DNA of 63,925 nucleotides, filler included, from Chiloscyllium plagiosum (GCF_004010195.1; 4 parts of one record of this genome joined end to end with filler, not necessarily neighbours in it), one strand, 5' to 3'. Shown: positions 13,536 through 26,389, counted from the first letter of the whole stretch. Program-made: numbers and translations. Notes: generated by a model not told the origin, from the letters alone.

Positions 13536-13832
13536 CATAAATGTGCACAACCTCATATTTAAAGTTCATTTGAATTGTGAACAGAACTGACAAAATCAAC
13601 CATCAAAATTGTCAGAAGTACATGTCGAAGTGATCTGTTGAGAGGTCCTGGCAGATTATTTAAGAGGACCTCTAAAATGGAGCCTATAAGGACCTTTCCC
13701 CTTTAAATTCTTGAAAAAAAACACAGAAGTTGATAAGAAGTTTGCTATTTTATTCTGGCTGTTGACATAAGCCAGAGGGTTTCCTTTACTGAATTATTGC
13801 TGCAAGACTAGTTTCACAATCATTTATTATCA

Positions 13833-14122
13833 TGTTAAAAAATCACACAACACCAGGTTATAGTCCAACAGGTTTAATTGGAAACACTAGCTTTCGGAGC
13901 GACGCTCCTTCATCAGGTGGTTGTGGAGTACACAATTGTAAGATACAGAAGTTATAGCAAAAGTTTACATTGTGATGTAACTGAAATTATACATTGAAAA
14001 ATATTTTTCAATGAAGGAGCAGCACTCTGAAAGCTGGTGCTTCTAATTAAACCTGTTGGACTATAACTTGGTGTTGTGTGATTTTTAACTTTGTCCACCC
14101 CAGTCCAACACCGGTATCTCCG
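13833..14122. mobile_element. Palindromic PLE-derived element (CACACAACACCAGGTTATAGTCC family)
   Basis: Inverted arms; 15-nt TSD AATCATTTATTATCA (13818-13832 and 14123-14137). Relatives at about 3410, 48420 and 55080. Confidence 0.8.
13885..13919 (-). ncRNA. Minimal type I hammerhead ribozyme motif
   Basis: CAC-CUGAUGA-A-GGAGC-GUC-GCUCC-GAAA-GC-UA-GUG: stem I CAC/GUG, 5-bp stem II, palindromic AGCU in place of stem III. Confidence 0.7.
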
Positions 14123-15029
14123 AATCATTTATTATCACAATAGGGTAACTGCCATTACAAAGCTTGATTAACAGCTGTGAGTGCTTGATGTGGGACTATG
14201 AATTCCATTGTTTGCTATTATAAGGGATTTTACACTTTGCATGAAATACTTGTTGCTATAGCTGGCAGAAAGTAACTGTAATAAATTAATATTTATGATC
14301 TTTTTTCAATGCAGTTAAGTCTACAAATCTGATTTCTTCATCAGTCCTGAGGTCTGCTGATAGTAGATACTGGGGTTAGTTGGCAGTGTTGATATAATGT
14401 TAAAATGTGGTGGGTGAGGTAATGGTTTGGCGCTATATTGGTATGGAGCCTGTATGGAGTTTAGCATAGAAAATTTGAGGGGCCATGGCGAATGGGCGGA
14501 GGGACATTGTTTGACATGCATCATAAAATGGCATGGGTTGGTATAGCGGGGGCATGGGGAATGTATGGATGGTTGAGAACGCGAGTGGTGTTTCAGGTTT
14601 TATTCTTTATTGTTAAACTTTCCCGGAGACACACTTTGTACCCAGCTTGTGGCATCCTCTGCTGTCATTCCATATTTACTTAACCTGAATTCTAATGTAA
14701 TTCAGCCTTTAGACTGGAAATGCAATGTCTGGGCAGCCAGAGTTGGGTTCACAGAGCTGGGAATTCTCCTGACTCTGCACAACTGACTTGGGAATAAAAA
14801 ATCTGAACCTGAATGTTCTATCAGCAATCCTAGGTAAACCTATTATTGGAGACATAACCGGTAACTCCATTTTCTATACTGGACTTTTACAATTCTTAGG
14901 CATGATCTAAGAAACCCATTTTCCAATTTATATTAATTCTGGCTTCTCACTGTATACAAGTCTCAGATCCAAATGTGCTCTATATTAGGATAACCTTTTA
15001 TTTAAAAAATATAATTTTACAAATTAACG

Positions 15030-15955
15030 TCATGAGTGGCAGATGGAGTTTAATTTAGATAAATGTGATGTGTTGTATTTTAGATAAGGCAAATCAGGGC
15101 AGGACTTATACACTTAATGATAGGGTCTTGGGGAGAGTTGGCAAACAAAGAGACATGGATGCAGGTTTATAGTTTCTTGAAGATGGAGTCACAGGTAGAC
15201 AGGGTAGTGAAGAAGCCTTTATATACTTACCTTTATTGATCAATGCATTGAGCATAGTTGTTGTAATGTCATGTTGCAATTGTACAGGACATCAGTTAGG
15301 CCATTTTTGAAACAATTTATTCGATTCTGGTCTCCCTGCTTTTGGAAAAATGTTGGGATGGCACTGTGGCTTGGTAGTTCGCACTGCTGCCTCATAGAGC
15401 CAGAAGCACAGGTTCAATTCCACCCTTGAGGCAACTGTCTGTATGAAGTTTGCACATTCTCTCCATGTCTTCGTGACTTTCCTCCTGGTACTCCAGCTTC
15501 CTCCCACAGTTGGGTAGATTGGCCATGTGGGTTAACCATGGGAAAGGCAGCGTAGCAGAGATGGGGTTGGTTCTGGCACTTTGGAGGATCAGTGTGGACT
15601 CGATAGGCCAAACTTGAAAGGGTGAATAGTCAAGGTCTTTTCCCCATCGTGGGGGAGTCCAAACTTAGAGGTCATAAGTTTAAGGTGAGAGGGGAAAGAT
15701 TTACAAGAGACCTAACGGGCAACCTTTTTACACACAGGGTGATGCATGTATGAAATGAGCTGCCAGAGAAATTGGTGGAGGCGGGTACAATTACAACATT
15801 TAAATGCATCTCGATATATACGTGAATAGGAAGAGTTTAGAGTGATGTGGGCCAATTGCTGACAAATGGGACTAGATTAATTTTGGATATCTAGTTGGCA
15901 TGGATAAGTGGGTCCAAAGGGTCTATTTCTGTACAACCATATGACTCTATGACTT
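15030..15955 (+). mobile_element. Decayed CR1 3' portion interrupted by an HE1-type SINE (about 15355-15611)
   Basis: WQMEFNLDKC region and CR1 3' UTR; the insert has a B-box (GGTTCAATTCC) and a V-domain. Confidence 0.85.
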
Positions 15956-16044
15956 TATGACAAACATCAAATTTCAAATGAACATGCACTCTCATCACTG
16001 ACCTTCAAACCCACAAACCCTTACTAGGCACTGCCTTTTGATAA

Positions 16045-16319
16045 CATAGAGTCATAGAGTCATAAAGATGTACAGCATGGAAACAGACCCTTCAGTCCAA
16101 CCCGTCCATGCCGACCAGATATCCCAACCCAATCTAGTCCCACCTGCCAGCACCCGGCCCATATCCCTCCAAACCCTTCCTATGCATATACCCATCCAAA
16201 TGCCTCTTAAATGTTGCAATTGTACCAGCCCCCACCACATCCACTGACAGCTCATTCCATACACGTACCATCCTCTGCGTGAAAAAGTTGCCCCTTAGGT
16301 CTCTTTTATATCTTTCCCC
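16045..16319 (-). mobile_element. Young CR1 3' end at a contig end
   Basis: CATAGAGT-type tail and a well-preserved 3' UTR. Confidence 0.9.
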
Positions 16320-16419
16320 NNNNNNNNNNNNNNNNNNNNNNNNNNNNNNNNNNNNNNNNNNNNTTAATTAATTAANNNNNNNNNNNNNNNNNNNNNNNNN
16401 NNNNNNNNNNNNNNNNNNN
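16320..16419. other. Artificial contig spacer (N44 + TTAATTAATTAA + N44)
   Basis: Exactly 100 nt with a six-frame stop linker; identical to the other two spacers. Confidence 0.97.
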
Positions 16420-18545
16420 ATTGTCACTTCTGATTGTACCCTCTCCCTCTCAAATTGCAGATTGGAGCTTATTGTATTATGGTCACTACTTCCCAATGGC
16501 TCCTTCTCGAGGTCCCTGATCAATTCTGGTTCGTTGCACAATACCAGATCCAGAATTGCCTTCTCCCTGATCGGCTCCAGCACCAGCTGTTCTAAGAATC
16601 CATCTCTGAGGCACTCCACAAAGTCTCTTTCTTGAGGTCGAATACCATCCTGATTCTCCCAGTCTACCTGCATGTTGAAATCCCCCATAACAACTGTAAA
16701 GTTGTTATGGGGGATTTCAACTTTGATCTCCAGCATCTGCAGACCTCACTTTCTCCTCGAAATCCCCCATAACAACTGTAGTAACATCTTTGCGGCAGGC
16801 CAATTTCAGCTCCTGATTTAACTTGCATCCGACATCCAGACTACTGTTTGGGGGCCTGCAGATGACTCCCAAGTGGGTCTTTTTACCCTTAATATTTCTC
16901 AGTTCTATCCACACTGACTCTACATTCCCTGATTCTAGGTTCCCCCCCCACCCCACGCAAGGGACTGAATATCATCCCTTACCAACATGACCACCCCACC
17001 CTCTCTGCCTGTCAGTCTGTCCTTATGATAGCATGTGTAGCCTTGAATATTCATATCCCAGGCCCAGTCCACTTGAAGCCACATGTCAGTTATCCCCACA
17101 ATATCGTATCTGCCAATTTCCAAAAGAACCTCAAGCTCATCCATCTTATTTCTAATGCTTCGTGCATACATGTATAGTATTTTTAATTTGTTACTGCTCT
17201 CATCCTTCCCATCAACTCCTATTTCACTCAACCTTCCAGCATGATCCCTTTGAGTTTTCTGCCTCATTGATACAGTTGTCTTTCTTGACTTCTCTTGTTC
17301 TAACTTTCCCTCCAATTTCCTTCTTGAACATCCAGTTTGTCCCCCCCCCGCTACTGAGTTTAAATGTAGCGGTGTTGCAGTAGTAAACCTGCCTGCCAGA
17401 ATGCTGGTCCCTAACCTATTAAGGTGCAAACCGTCTCTCTCTCGTAGAATTTATGCTTACCACAAAACATACCCCAGTGATCCAAGAATTTAAATCCTTG
17501 CTTCCTACACCAGTTCGCCAGCCACACGTTCAAGTCCATTATCTCCCTGTTTCTGGCCTGACCAGCCCGAGGAACTGGAAGCAAACCGGAGATAACCACC
17601 TTGGATGTCCTGCTTTTCAGCCGCCTTCCTAGTTCTCCGAAGTTCCGCTGTAGTATGTTCCTCCTCCTCTTCCCGACATCATTTTGTGCCGACATGTACC
17701 ACCACCTCTGGCTCTTCACCTTCGTCCTTGAGGATTTCCTGCACTCTGTCTGTGATGTGTTTAACCCTGGCACCAGGAAGGCAACACACCATCCTTAAGT
17801 CCCGCCTGCTGCCACAAAAACCCCGGTCAGTTCCTCTCACTATGGAGTCCCCTATTACCACGGCTCTGCGCAATGTCCGACTCTTCCGCTCTGTCTCCAT
17901 GCCAACTTTTGATTGACAGACCTGGCTGCCTCACGGACTGGCAGTGTCCTCTGTCTCTACTGTTTCCAAAAGATTCAACTTGTTCCTGACCGGTACTTCC
18001 CCTGGGGTCTCTTGCACCTGTCTCCTCTCTGCCTTCCTCATTGTCTGCTCTCTTCTGCTATGATTTGGTGTAATAACCTCGCTGAAGGTCTTGTCCAGAA
18101 AGATCTCATTCTCTCGGATGAGCCTAAGGTCCTCGAGTTCTTTCATCAGTGCTGCAATATGCTCTCAGTAGCTGAACGTGCACACACTTTCCACACTTAT
18201 ATGAGCCAGACACACCAGAGTTGTTGACCTCCCACATCAAGCACGTAGCACACTGAACCAGCTTGGCAGTCATGTCTTCACCCTCTTCAACTATGGCGTA
18301 ATCACTTTACTCAACCTCCTTGTCAAAGCCTCACTCTTCAATCCACAGGAACTTTCTTGGACCTTCTTTTTGGGGCAAGTCTGTGGACTCGTTAATTTAG
18401 GTTAGAGGAGGAGGGAGGGAGGCCCTACTTTGTAGGACCTGGGGTCTAGAACACACCCACTCTAATAACAATCACTTACCTTCCCGACTGGCTTTGTGCT
18501 CTGCCTTCACTTCCGCCCAGCTCCCACCGCTCTCTGATGCTCTCG
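16420..18545 (-). mobile_element. CR1 LINE 5' half: 5' UTR, ORF1 (SGNH esterase-like) and ORF2 APE endonuclease, frameshifted
   Basis: AVVIGDSIVRGTDRGFCG, CLPGARV and VVVHVG in ORF1; ARSIRNK, DIVGIT, VVMGDFN and LGSSDHN in the APE domain. Confidence 0.93.
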
Positions 18546-19634
18546 AGAGATGTTGTGACACATCCAGGGCAGAAAGGACTTGAATCTGGATTTTTTGGCC
18601 CAGAAGTCAGACTTTTGGCTTCTGCCAAATTAAAGCAAACTAAACAGACTGATTTTTGGTTTGCTTGTTGGGATCAATTTATTGAGATTACACTTAATTA
18701 GGCAAATTGCAGTCAATCTCAAAGTTATTTCCTGATAGCACTAACACACAAGGACGGTAGATGTCACAGATTTAATAGATGGTTCACTTTACACGTACAG
18801 TCCATTTTCCAAGTCCTAAAGTCCTTCAGTGCTGTGAATTTACTCTTAAAATTCCAGCTTGCTTTTTTCTGGGGCTTAGCCTGATCTCCAACCAACAACA
18901 ACTCATGGCATTCACCAACAACACACGTTTGTAGAAGCCTCTCCACTCTGAATGCAGTAGTTAATTCAGGCAATCAAGACTAATGTCTATGTAACCAAAA
19001 CAACTGCAGCGGTTGTTGTGTATTGGTCTACTACTACCTTCTTGCACCTGTTACTATCTGCAGCCTGCACGCACCAAACCACTGGGACCTAAGTTTGAAC
19101 AGCATTTTTAAAGTAAAGCATCTGCTTTCCACCATTGCCAATTTCTCTGCGCGTCTGAAATTCCATTTTCCATTTTAGTTTCTTCAACTGAAGGATTCAG
19201 TTTCTCTTTGTTAACTGGAACTGAAGCAGAAACTTCAGATATGTTCTGTCTGAAGAAGGAAAACACCAAGCTTTGAGACCATGGATTCCATTGTACATTC
19301 TCTCTCAAACTTGGCTGGAATAGGAATTCACTTTAAATTCAGCCTACAACATGCCCATCTTTGTCCCAGCCCTGCATAAAATTAATCCATATAGTCTGTA
19401 TTCCATTGCTAATAGTTGTAAGGTCATTGAAAACTGTGCCATATTCGGTTGAAACTTCCCGATGCGTTGTTTGCAGTGCATTGGTTGAAGTGTTGCATGT
19501 AAGTTTCCCTGTTTGCTTACAACAAACCAATGCCATTTTGTTTTAAACTGGTTTTGTTAAATTAATACAAATAGGAATTTTATGCAAATGTGATTCTTAT
19601 CCAATTTGCTTGCTCTCAGAAGCTGATCATTTGT

Positions 19635-20608
19635 CAATGATTTGGATGTGAGCATAAGAGGTATAGTTATTAAGTTTGCTGATGATATCAAAATTGGAAG
19701 TGTAGTGGACAGCAAAGAAGGTTACCTCAGATTACAACGGGATCTTGATCAGATGGGCGAATGGGCTGAGAAGTGGCAGATGGAGTTTAATTCAAATAAA
19801 TGCGAGGTGCTGCATTTTGGGAAAGCAAATCTTAGCAGGACTTATACACTTAATGGTAAGGTCCTAGGGAGTGTGGCTGAACAAAGAAACCTTGGAGTGC
19901 AGGTTCATAGCTCCCTGAAAGTGGAGTCGTAAGTAGATAGGATAGTGAAGGAGGAGTTTGGTATGCTTTCCTTTATTGGTCAGAGTATTGAGTACAGGAG
20001 TTGGGAGGTCTGTACAGGACATTGGTTAGGCCACATGTGCGGCTGTACAGGACATTGGTTAGGCCACTGTTGGAATATTGCGTGCAATTCTGGTCTCCTT
20101 CCTATCGGAAAGATGTTGTGAAACTTGAAAGGATTCAGAAAAGATTTACAAGGATGTTGCCAGGGTTGAAGGATTTGAGCTATAGGGAGAGGTTGAATAG
20201 GCTAGAGCTGTTTTCCCTGGAGCGTTGGAGGCTGAGGGGTGACCTCATGGAGGTTTATAAAATCAGGAGGGAAATGGATAGGATAAATACACAAGTCTTT
20301 TCCCTGAGGTGGAGGAGTCCAGAACTAGAGGGTTTAGGGTAAGAGGGGAAAGATTATACAAGAGACCTAAGGAGCAATTTTTTCACGCAGAGGGTGGTAC
20401 GTGTATGGAATGAGCTGCCAGAGGATGTGGTGGAGGCTGGTACAATTGCAACATTTAAGAGACATTTGGATGGGTATATGAATAGGAAGAATTTGGTGGA
20501 TATGGGCAGGGTGCTGGCAGGTGGGACTGATTTTAGGTTGGGATATCTGGTCGGCGCGGATAGGTTGGACCGAAGGATCTGTTTCCATGCTGTACATCTC
20601 TATGCCTC
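19635..20608 (+). mobile_element. 5'-truncated CR1 LINE
   Basis: KFADDIK, WQMEFN, LVRPLLEYCVQFWSP and 3' UTR; small internal duplication at about 20010-20066. Confidence 0.93.
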
Positions 20609-21707
20609 TAAATGGCAAAAAAAGCACTGGAATAGTAGAGAATTCACTACATAAGTTTTTAGATTAGAAGAAAACTTTCAAGTTTGGAATTGATTACTGA
20701 ATAATACTTGAACATTTCTGTTATGAGTTTCAGGCTGTTGGATATATTTCACCTACTTGATATGAAGGACTGTTTCCATCAGCAAGCCCTCTCTCCAAAT
20801 CAAAGTGTGACTTTAGAGTGTCTGGTCATTTGCCATTGCACAGGATTAAACAGAATAACCTTTTCTAGTATGCCATGCTCTTTAAAAATGACACCAGCTC
20901 TCTCTGTCTCATATCCTCCTCATCTTCAGGCAACTGAATAATCCCTTTTCAATCTTGTGGTTTAGACTATAATCTGAGTCCAGTTTATAAAGGTAAACCT
21001 TGGAACAATAACAAATTTAAATCCAGAATTAATTGCTTAGAACATCATAATGTTAATTCCCAATTTCAAAGCTAAGGAGTTGTGTAGCTTTCCTAACTCT
21101 ACCAGTAATTCAAAGACTGAATTATTATCTGTTTTATCAAGTTTTATGTGAGACGGAGACCTTTTTTTTTATGGAACCTTGTTTGCTCTCCTCCACTCTT
21201 TTATAAAAGAGCAGGAGGAATTGCTGAACAGGTCAAAAAGTGCCAAATATACTATTAGCCTAGGCATAGAGCAGTCATTCGGTTCGTGATTGCTGTCAAT
21301 AGTTGATGTTTTTCACTAATGACCTGATCCTTCTTCCTATATTCTCCTCTGCTTTGTCAGCCTCTAAACAGCATCTCAAACAATAATTGACAGTTTCCTA
21401 TACAAAATGATATAAAATATATAATTTCAAACATCTGGTACTTTGACACAAATCATTCTGAACTGTTTTTCTGTGAAAGAGATGAGCTCGGTTTCAAAAC
21501 AGTTGGTTGAAGAGCTTGAAACTTTGTCTACATTCTGGTTGAAAAACCAAAAGAACTGCCCATGCTGTAAATCTGAAACAAAATCAGAAGTTGCTGGGAA
21601 AGCTTAACAGGTCTGATTTGCGTCTGTGAAGAGAGATCAGTTAACATTTCAGGTCTGGTGACCCTTCTTCAGAAGTGAAAATAGCTAGGAAAATGTCAGT
21701 TTATATG

Positions 21708-22013
21708 ATTAGATTAGATTACTTACAGTGTGGAAACAGGCCCTTCGGCCCAACAAGTCCACACCGACCCGCCGAAGCGCAACCCACCCATACTCCTACA
21801 TCTACCCCTTACCTAACACTACAGGCAATTTAGCATGGCCAATTCATCTGACCTGCACATCTTTGGACTGTGGGAGGAAACCGGAGCACCCGGAGGAAAC
21901 CCACGCAGACACGGGGAGAATGTGCAAACTCCACAGAGTCAGTCGCCTGAGGCGGGAATTGAACCCGGGTCTCTGGCGCTGCGAGGCAGCAGTGCTAACC
22001 ACTGTGCCACCGG
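21708..22013 (-). mobile_element. HE1-type tRNA-derived V-SINE inserted in a PLE-derived repeat
   Basis: A-box TGGCACAGTGG, B-box GGTTCAATTCC, V-domain, CR1-like 3' tail with (AATCT)n; short ATATG duplication. Confidence 0.9.
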
Positions 22014-22179
22014 ATATGCAGAAGAGAGGGTGGAGGGAGGGGGTTCAGACTGAATGATTGGGCTCTGTCACCATTTGAGAGGGAAGAACAGTTGGACAGA
22101 CAAAGGAGTGATAACCATCTGGCTGGGAGGGTTAATAGTTGTTAAATCGAGACTGTTTAGTGGCTAACGATAGGTAGTG

Positions 22180-22645
22180 TTGATGCGGAGGTGCCAGTGT
22201 TGAACTGGGGTGGACAAAGTTTAAAAATCAATTAGGCGAAAGTGAGGACTGCAGATGTTGGGAGATCAGAGTCAAGAGTAGTGGTGCTGGAAAAGCACAG
22301 CAGGCCGGGCAGCATCCGAGGAGCAGGAAAATTGACATTTTGGGCAGGAGCCCTTCAACAGAAATGAGGCTTGGAGCCTCTGGGGCGGAGAGATAAATGG
22401 GAGGGGAGGGTGGGGCTGGGGAGAAAGTAGCTAAGCGTGCAATAGGTGGATGGCGATGTATAAAGGTGATAGGTCGGAGAGGAGGGTGGAGCAGATAGGT
22501 GGGAGGAAAGATTGGCAGGTGGGAAGAACGATTGGCAGGTAGGACAGGCCATGAGGATGGTGCTGCAAGTCTGTTTCAGGACATGATTGAAGAGCTTCAG
22601 GGCAGAAGAGATGACCTGGGGGTAGCAGTGAGTGAGAGACTCGCA
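22180..22645 (-). mobile_element. Penelope-like element pseudo-LTR fragments
   Basis: Same GAAAGTGAGGACTGCAGATG head as the other PLE-derived copies; decayed hammerhead. Confidence 0.7.
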
Positions 22646-22856
22646 GATCTATCTGTGTGGGGTAGTGGGCTCGGACATCTCTAATTTCGAAACCTGGCGA
22701 TGTATTCCTCAGGCATCAGTTAGCTTGTGTCCCGATGGTTGGCTCGCAACACAGTGGCGCTAACCGCATAAGTCCAATTTTCGCACTGGCAAAGCTTACT
22801 ACAGAAGACTGTGCTTCTCAATCTGCCCCGTCCCTTGAGTTGTGACCCGCTGGTTA

Positions 22857-23452
22857 CGGAATGGGACAGTTGGGCACGGCCATTTGGGCGCCAGCTGATG
22901 TGGCGCAGCCCATTTGGCGACAGACGTTTTGGCACTAGGAAAAAAATGTTGATTGAAACGTAGCTTTATTTAGTTCATTTAGTAATTACGAGCAAGGCTC
23001 CTCAAGTAAACAGCTAAATGAGGAGAGAGCTAGTTTTCCTGTTTCCAAATATGTACTAGCTCAATTTCTACAAAGGAGGTGCAAACAGCAATGTACCTAT
23101 TGGTCTTTGAGGCTGCATGCTCAACTACTATATACAAAAACAATTAGTACAAAAAAATGCATGCAATATATGTTCATATGTACAAGTAGTATATTTATGT
23201 TGAAATTAAACTTATCTACACCATTCGATAAACATACGTGGTTATTCAACATAACAACAGATGGTTGTATAACAGATATATTGTAACTTTGTTACACTAA
23301 AGCTGTCCATACAGACACATTGACAAATTAAGGAATGTTCTTAGCACCAAAACATCTGTCACCAAATGGGGTGGCACCAAATAGGTTTGGTGCCCAAACG
23401 GCCATGCCAAAACGCCAGTGCCCAAACTGCTGCGCCAAAACGTCCCAAACCC
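22857..23452. mobile_element. Non-autonomous DNA transposon (MITE) with long repeat-structured TIRs, Mutator-like
   Basis: TIRs built from units of about 15 nt (GACGTTTTGGCAC-like); AT-rich core; 8-9 nt TSD (C)GCTGGTTA / (C)TCTGGTTA. Confidence 0.75.
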
Positions 23453-23669
23453 TCTGGTTAAACCACCACTAGTCATATCCCTCTAATGAGAGAACATCTC
23501 TCTTTCCTTGGAGCACCAAAGTTTGCAGCCATCAACTAGTTCTGTGCAGTTAAACAGCTCAAGGAGCTAAGGAGATTGCGGTAATGGTATGATTTATGGG
23601 CTGGAGTGTTCAGTAAACATAATCCTTGTGCTATGGGGAACAAATGGTTTTGTGCTGATGGTGGTTTAC

Positions 23670-24295
23670 TAGTCATTGGCTTTGTACATGAATCACAGGT
23701 ATGCAGGTATTTAAGGCAAATTGAACATTGTCCTTCATTGCTAGAGGGATGGAGTTTAATAATAGAGAGGTTAAGGTGGTGTACCTGTGTACAGTTTTGG
23801 TCTTCTTGCTGAGAAAGGATGGACTGTAGAGGATAATCACTAGGTTGATTCTGGAGTTGAGGGGATTGGTTTATGAGGAGAACTTGAGTAAATTGGGATT
23901 ATACTTATTGAATTCAGAAGAATGAGGAGGATCTTACAGAAACATAAAATTATGAATGGAATAGATAAGAAGCAGGGGGGTTGTTTACACTTGCGGGTGA
24001 AACTAGAACTAGGGGGCATAGGCTGAAAATAAGGGGGAGCAGATTTAGAACGGAGTTGAGGAGGAACAACTTCTCCCAAAGGGTTGTGAATCTATGGAAT
24101 TCCCTATCCAGTGAAGCAGTTGAAGCGACCTCATTGAATGTTTTAACGTAAAGATAGATTTTTGAACAGTGAAAGAATGAAGGGTTATGCTGAGCCTGAG
24201 GGTAAGTGAAGCCGAGTCCACAAAAAGATCAGCCATGATCTTATTGAATGGCGGAGCAGGCTCAATGGGGCAGATGGCCTACTCCTCCTGTTCTT
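23670..24295 (+). mobile_element. Degenerate CR1 3' end
   Basis: RT tail and 3' UTR motifs (GCCATGATCTTATTGAATGGCGGAGCAGG). Confidence 0.85.
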
Positions 24296-26389
24296 TAAGA
24301 TCTCTTTCAAGGTTAGAAAGATGTCTGGGTTTTCTCTTGTTCGATATAATGTTAGTTAGTGGTTCAGTGTGAATGTTAGCTACCACTTGTCAAATGAAGT
24401 TTCATTGCAGGCCTCATAAGCAACTTAATCATCGGTGAAAATTTGAATGCAAATCGATACTTTGAATAGCCACTGCATGTCCACGCACACGGTATTGTGT
24501 TGGAGTAAAAATTGTTGAAGCAGCTGACTATGGTTGAGACAAGGATGTTGTCATGAACTCCTGCAATCATGTCCCGATGGGTTGCATCGTAAAATACCCA
24601 ACCATTATATTTGAAAATTAAAATTGCATTTTGCAATTGATAGCAGAGCTGTATTGATTTTTGTGTTTAAAATGTTGCTGATGGTCAACTGAAATATTTT
24701 TCATCTACAAAAATGCTTAACTACTGAAAGGAACGAAGAATCTAATTTTGACTACCTTTTATTTCTTTAATTGATTTATCACCAGCTCAAATAAAGGCCC
24801 CATGTAACTGTCAAATCAAGAGGTATTGTTTATTATCTTTATTTTATTTGTAATCCCTTAGTGCTTCATCTGATAATACTCTTGGTCCGAAACGGTATTC
24901 ATTTGTGGCCTTTATTCCTAAAACTGTTGTCTTTTTTGTGCTGAACATTCCCCCTGCCTCCATGGCATTTATTTTAATTTTGATCTTGTCCCTTTCAAAA
25001 TCATAAACATTTCACTTTGCTTCATAAACCTACCCTTAGTCTTTCTTGTCCTTGTAACTTACCGCATCATTTACGTTCTTTTTCTGTTAAGGCTCTTTTA
25101 CTTCTAGTCTCCAATCTCTTTATTTGCAGGTCCACTCAATTCTATGTGCAAGACACCAGATGGTTGGCACACTAATTGTGAAGTCTTTCAGTACTGGTTA
25201 GAGGTAACAGCTGGTGGGGGAGAGTAATAGGAGGGGAGAGAGTGTGTGTCTTTGCAGTCTGGAGGCATCAGTCCTTGTACTGTGGCATCTTTAGGTCGTT
25301 TCTCCCAGTGTTTGAACAAAGTAGCAGTGAAACTGGAGCTAACAGTTACTTGTTTAAAAAATGCAGCAATTGCTTCCACAGTCCTTGCCCTGTTTTGGTC
25401 CAGAATTCCAAAATGAAGAAAAATAGTCAAAAGTGGTGTTAATCTAAGAACGTAAGAGTGAAATCCACCATCCAAAATGCTGTGCTCACCTATGGTATGT
25501 TTGCACCAAAAGCAAATTGAAAGTACTATTGTGCTAGTGACATACAAACTTAAAGTTGTGATATGGTCTTTCAGCTTTTGGCCTTTCATAGCCAAATTCA
25601 TTAAAGGATAATGGGATTGGAGATAATAACTGGAAAAAAGTGAGACCTTTGTATTATGATTATTCACAATATATTTACTTTGAGTTTTTAGCAGTAACAT
25701 AATTAAGGCTTGAGCTTCATACTTGGGGTTTCTGAAGTATTTTTTGCCTGATTCAAGTCAGTTGCTTCACAGTATGTTGTTCTCTGCTGATGTCCAGCAA
25801 AAGGGTAGTACATGATAGGGAACCAACTGCAGAGCAGTCAGTCACTTGTTGAATTGCCAAGGGATAAAGTCCATATTGACTCTCTTGTGAGGCTCGGTGG
25901 GGAGTGCCCCCGCTGGTGGTTTCTTCTACAACTGAAAGTTGACGTACAAAATTAGCTTGACTGAGTTGACAACACCTTTTTTTTTTGTTTCCCTGCATCA
26001 GAAAATTGTGGATTGAAGTCGAGCTTCAGGGCCTGTGTGTGTATAGACGATGCAGCTAAATCTTGCATTGTCCGAAATGCCATTCATTCAATGGGAGGTT
26101 TTTGCTGAGACACTTTTTTTGCATTTTCTGGTTCGCGATTGACTCATGTTTTGCTGAAAACCGATTTGTTGGCTCCTTTTGTTGATGTTTGTCCATGTTT
26201 GTTTGCTGGACACAAAATGACGAATCTGTTGAAAAAGCAAGTGTTCTCATTTTTTAAGTCATTGTGTTTGAGGTATTTAATGAAAGATGTGATATGTTAT
26301 ATATTCTGTATTCTTTGAATTTTGGATCTTTTCTGTTTTCTTTTCTACATTGTTGGTTTTCAATTGCGTTTTGTTGGTTTTGTTTATAG

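Noticed and set aside
12763..14370. Short + strand exon candidates (about 12763-12796 and 14314-14373)
   Set aside because: Chance-level AG/GT pairs with no homology support.
16364..16375. TTAATTAATTAA palindrome repeated three times in the window
   Set aside because: Always centred in identical N runs; it is an artificial six-frame stop linker.
21945..22012. tRNA-like A/B boxes
   Set aside because: Part of an HE1 SINE head, not a tRNA gene.
22860..23450. Short regularly spaced repeats resembling a CRISPR array
   Set aside because: Eukaryotic DNA with no unique spacers; the units are inverted between the two ends, as expected for transposon TIRs.
25188..25700. 170-aa minus-strand ORF
   Set aside because: No recognisable domain, and antisense to the GPBP1 intron; probably a chance ORF.
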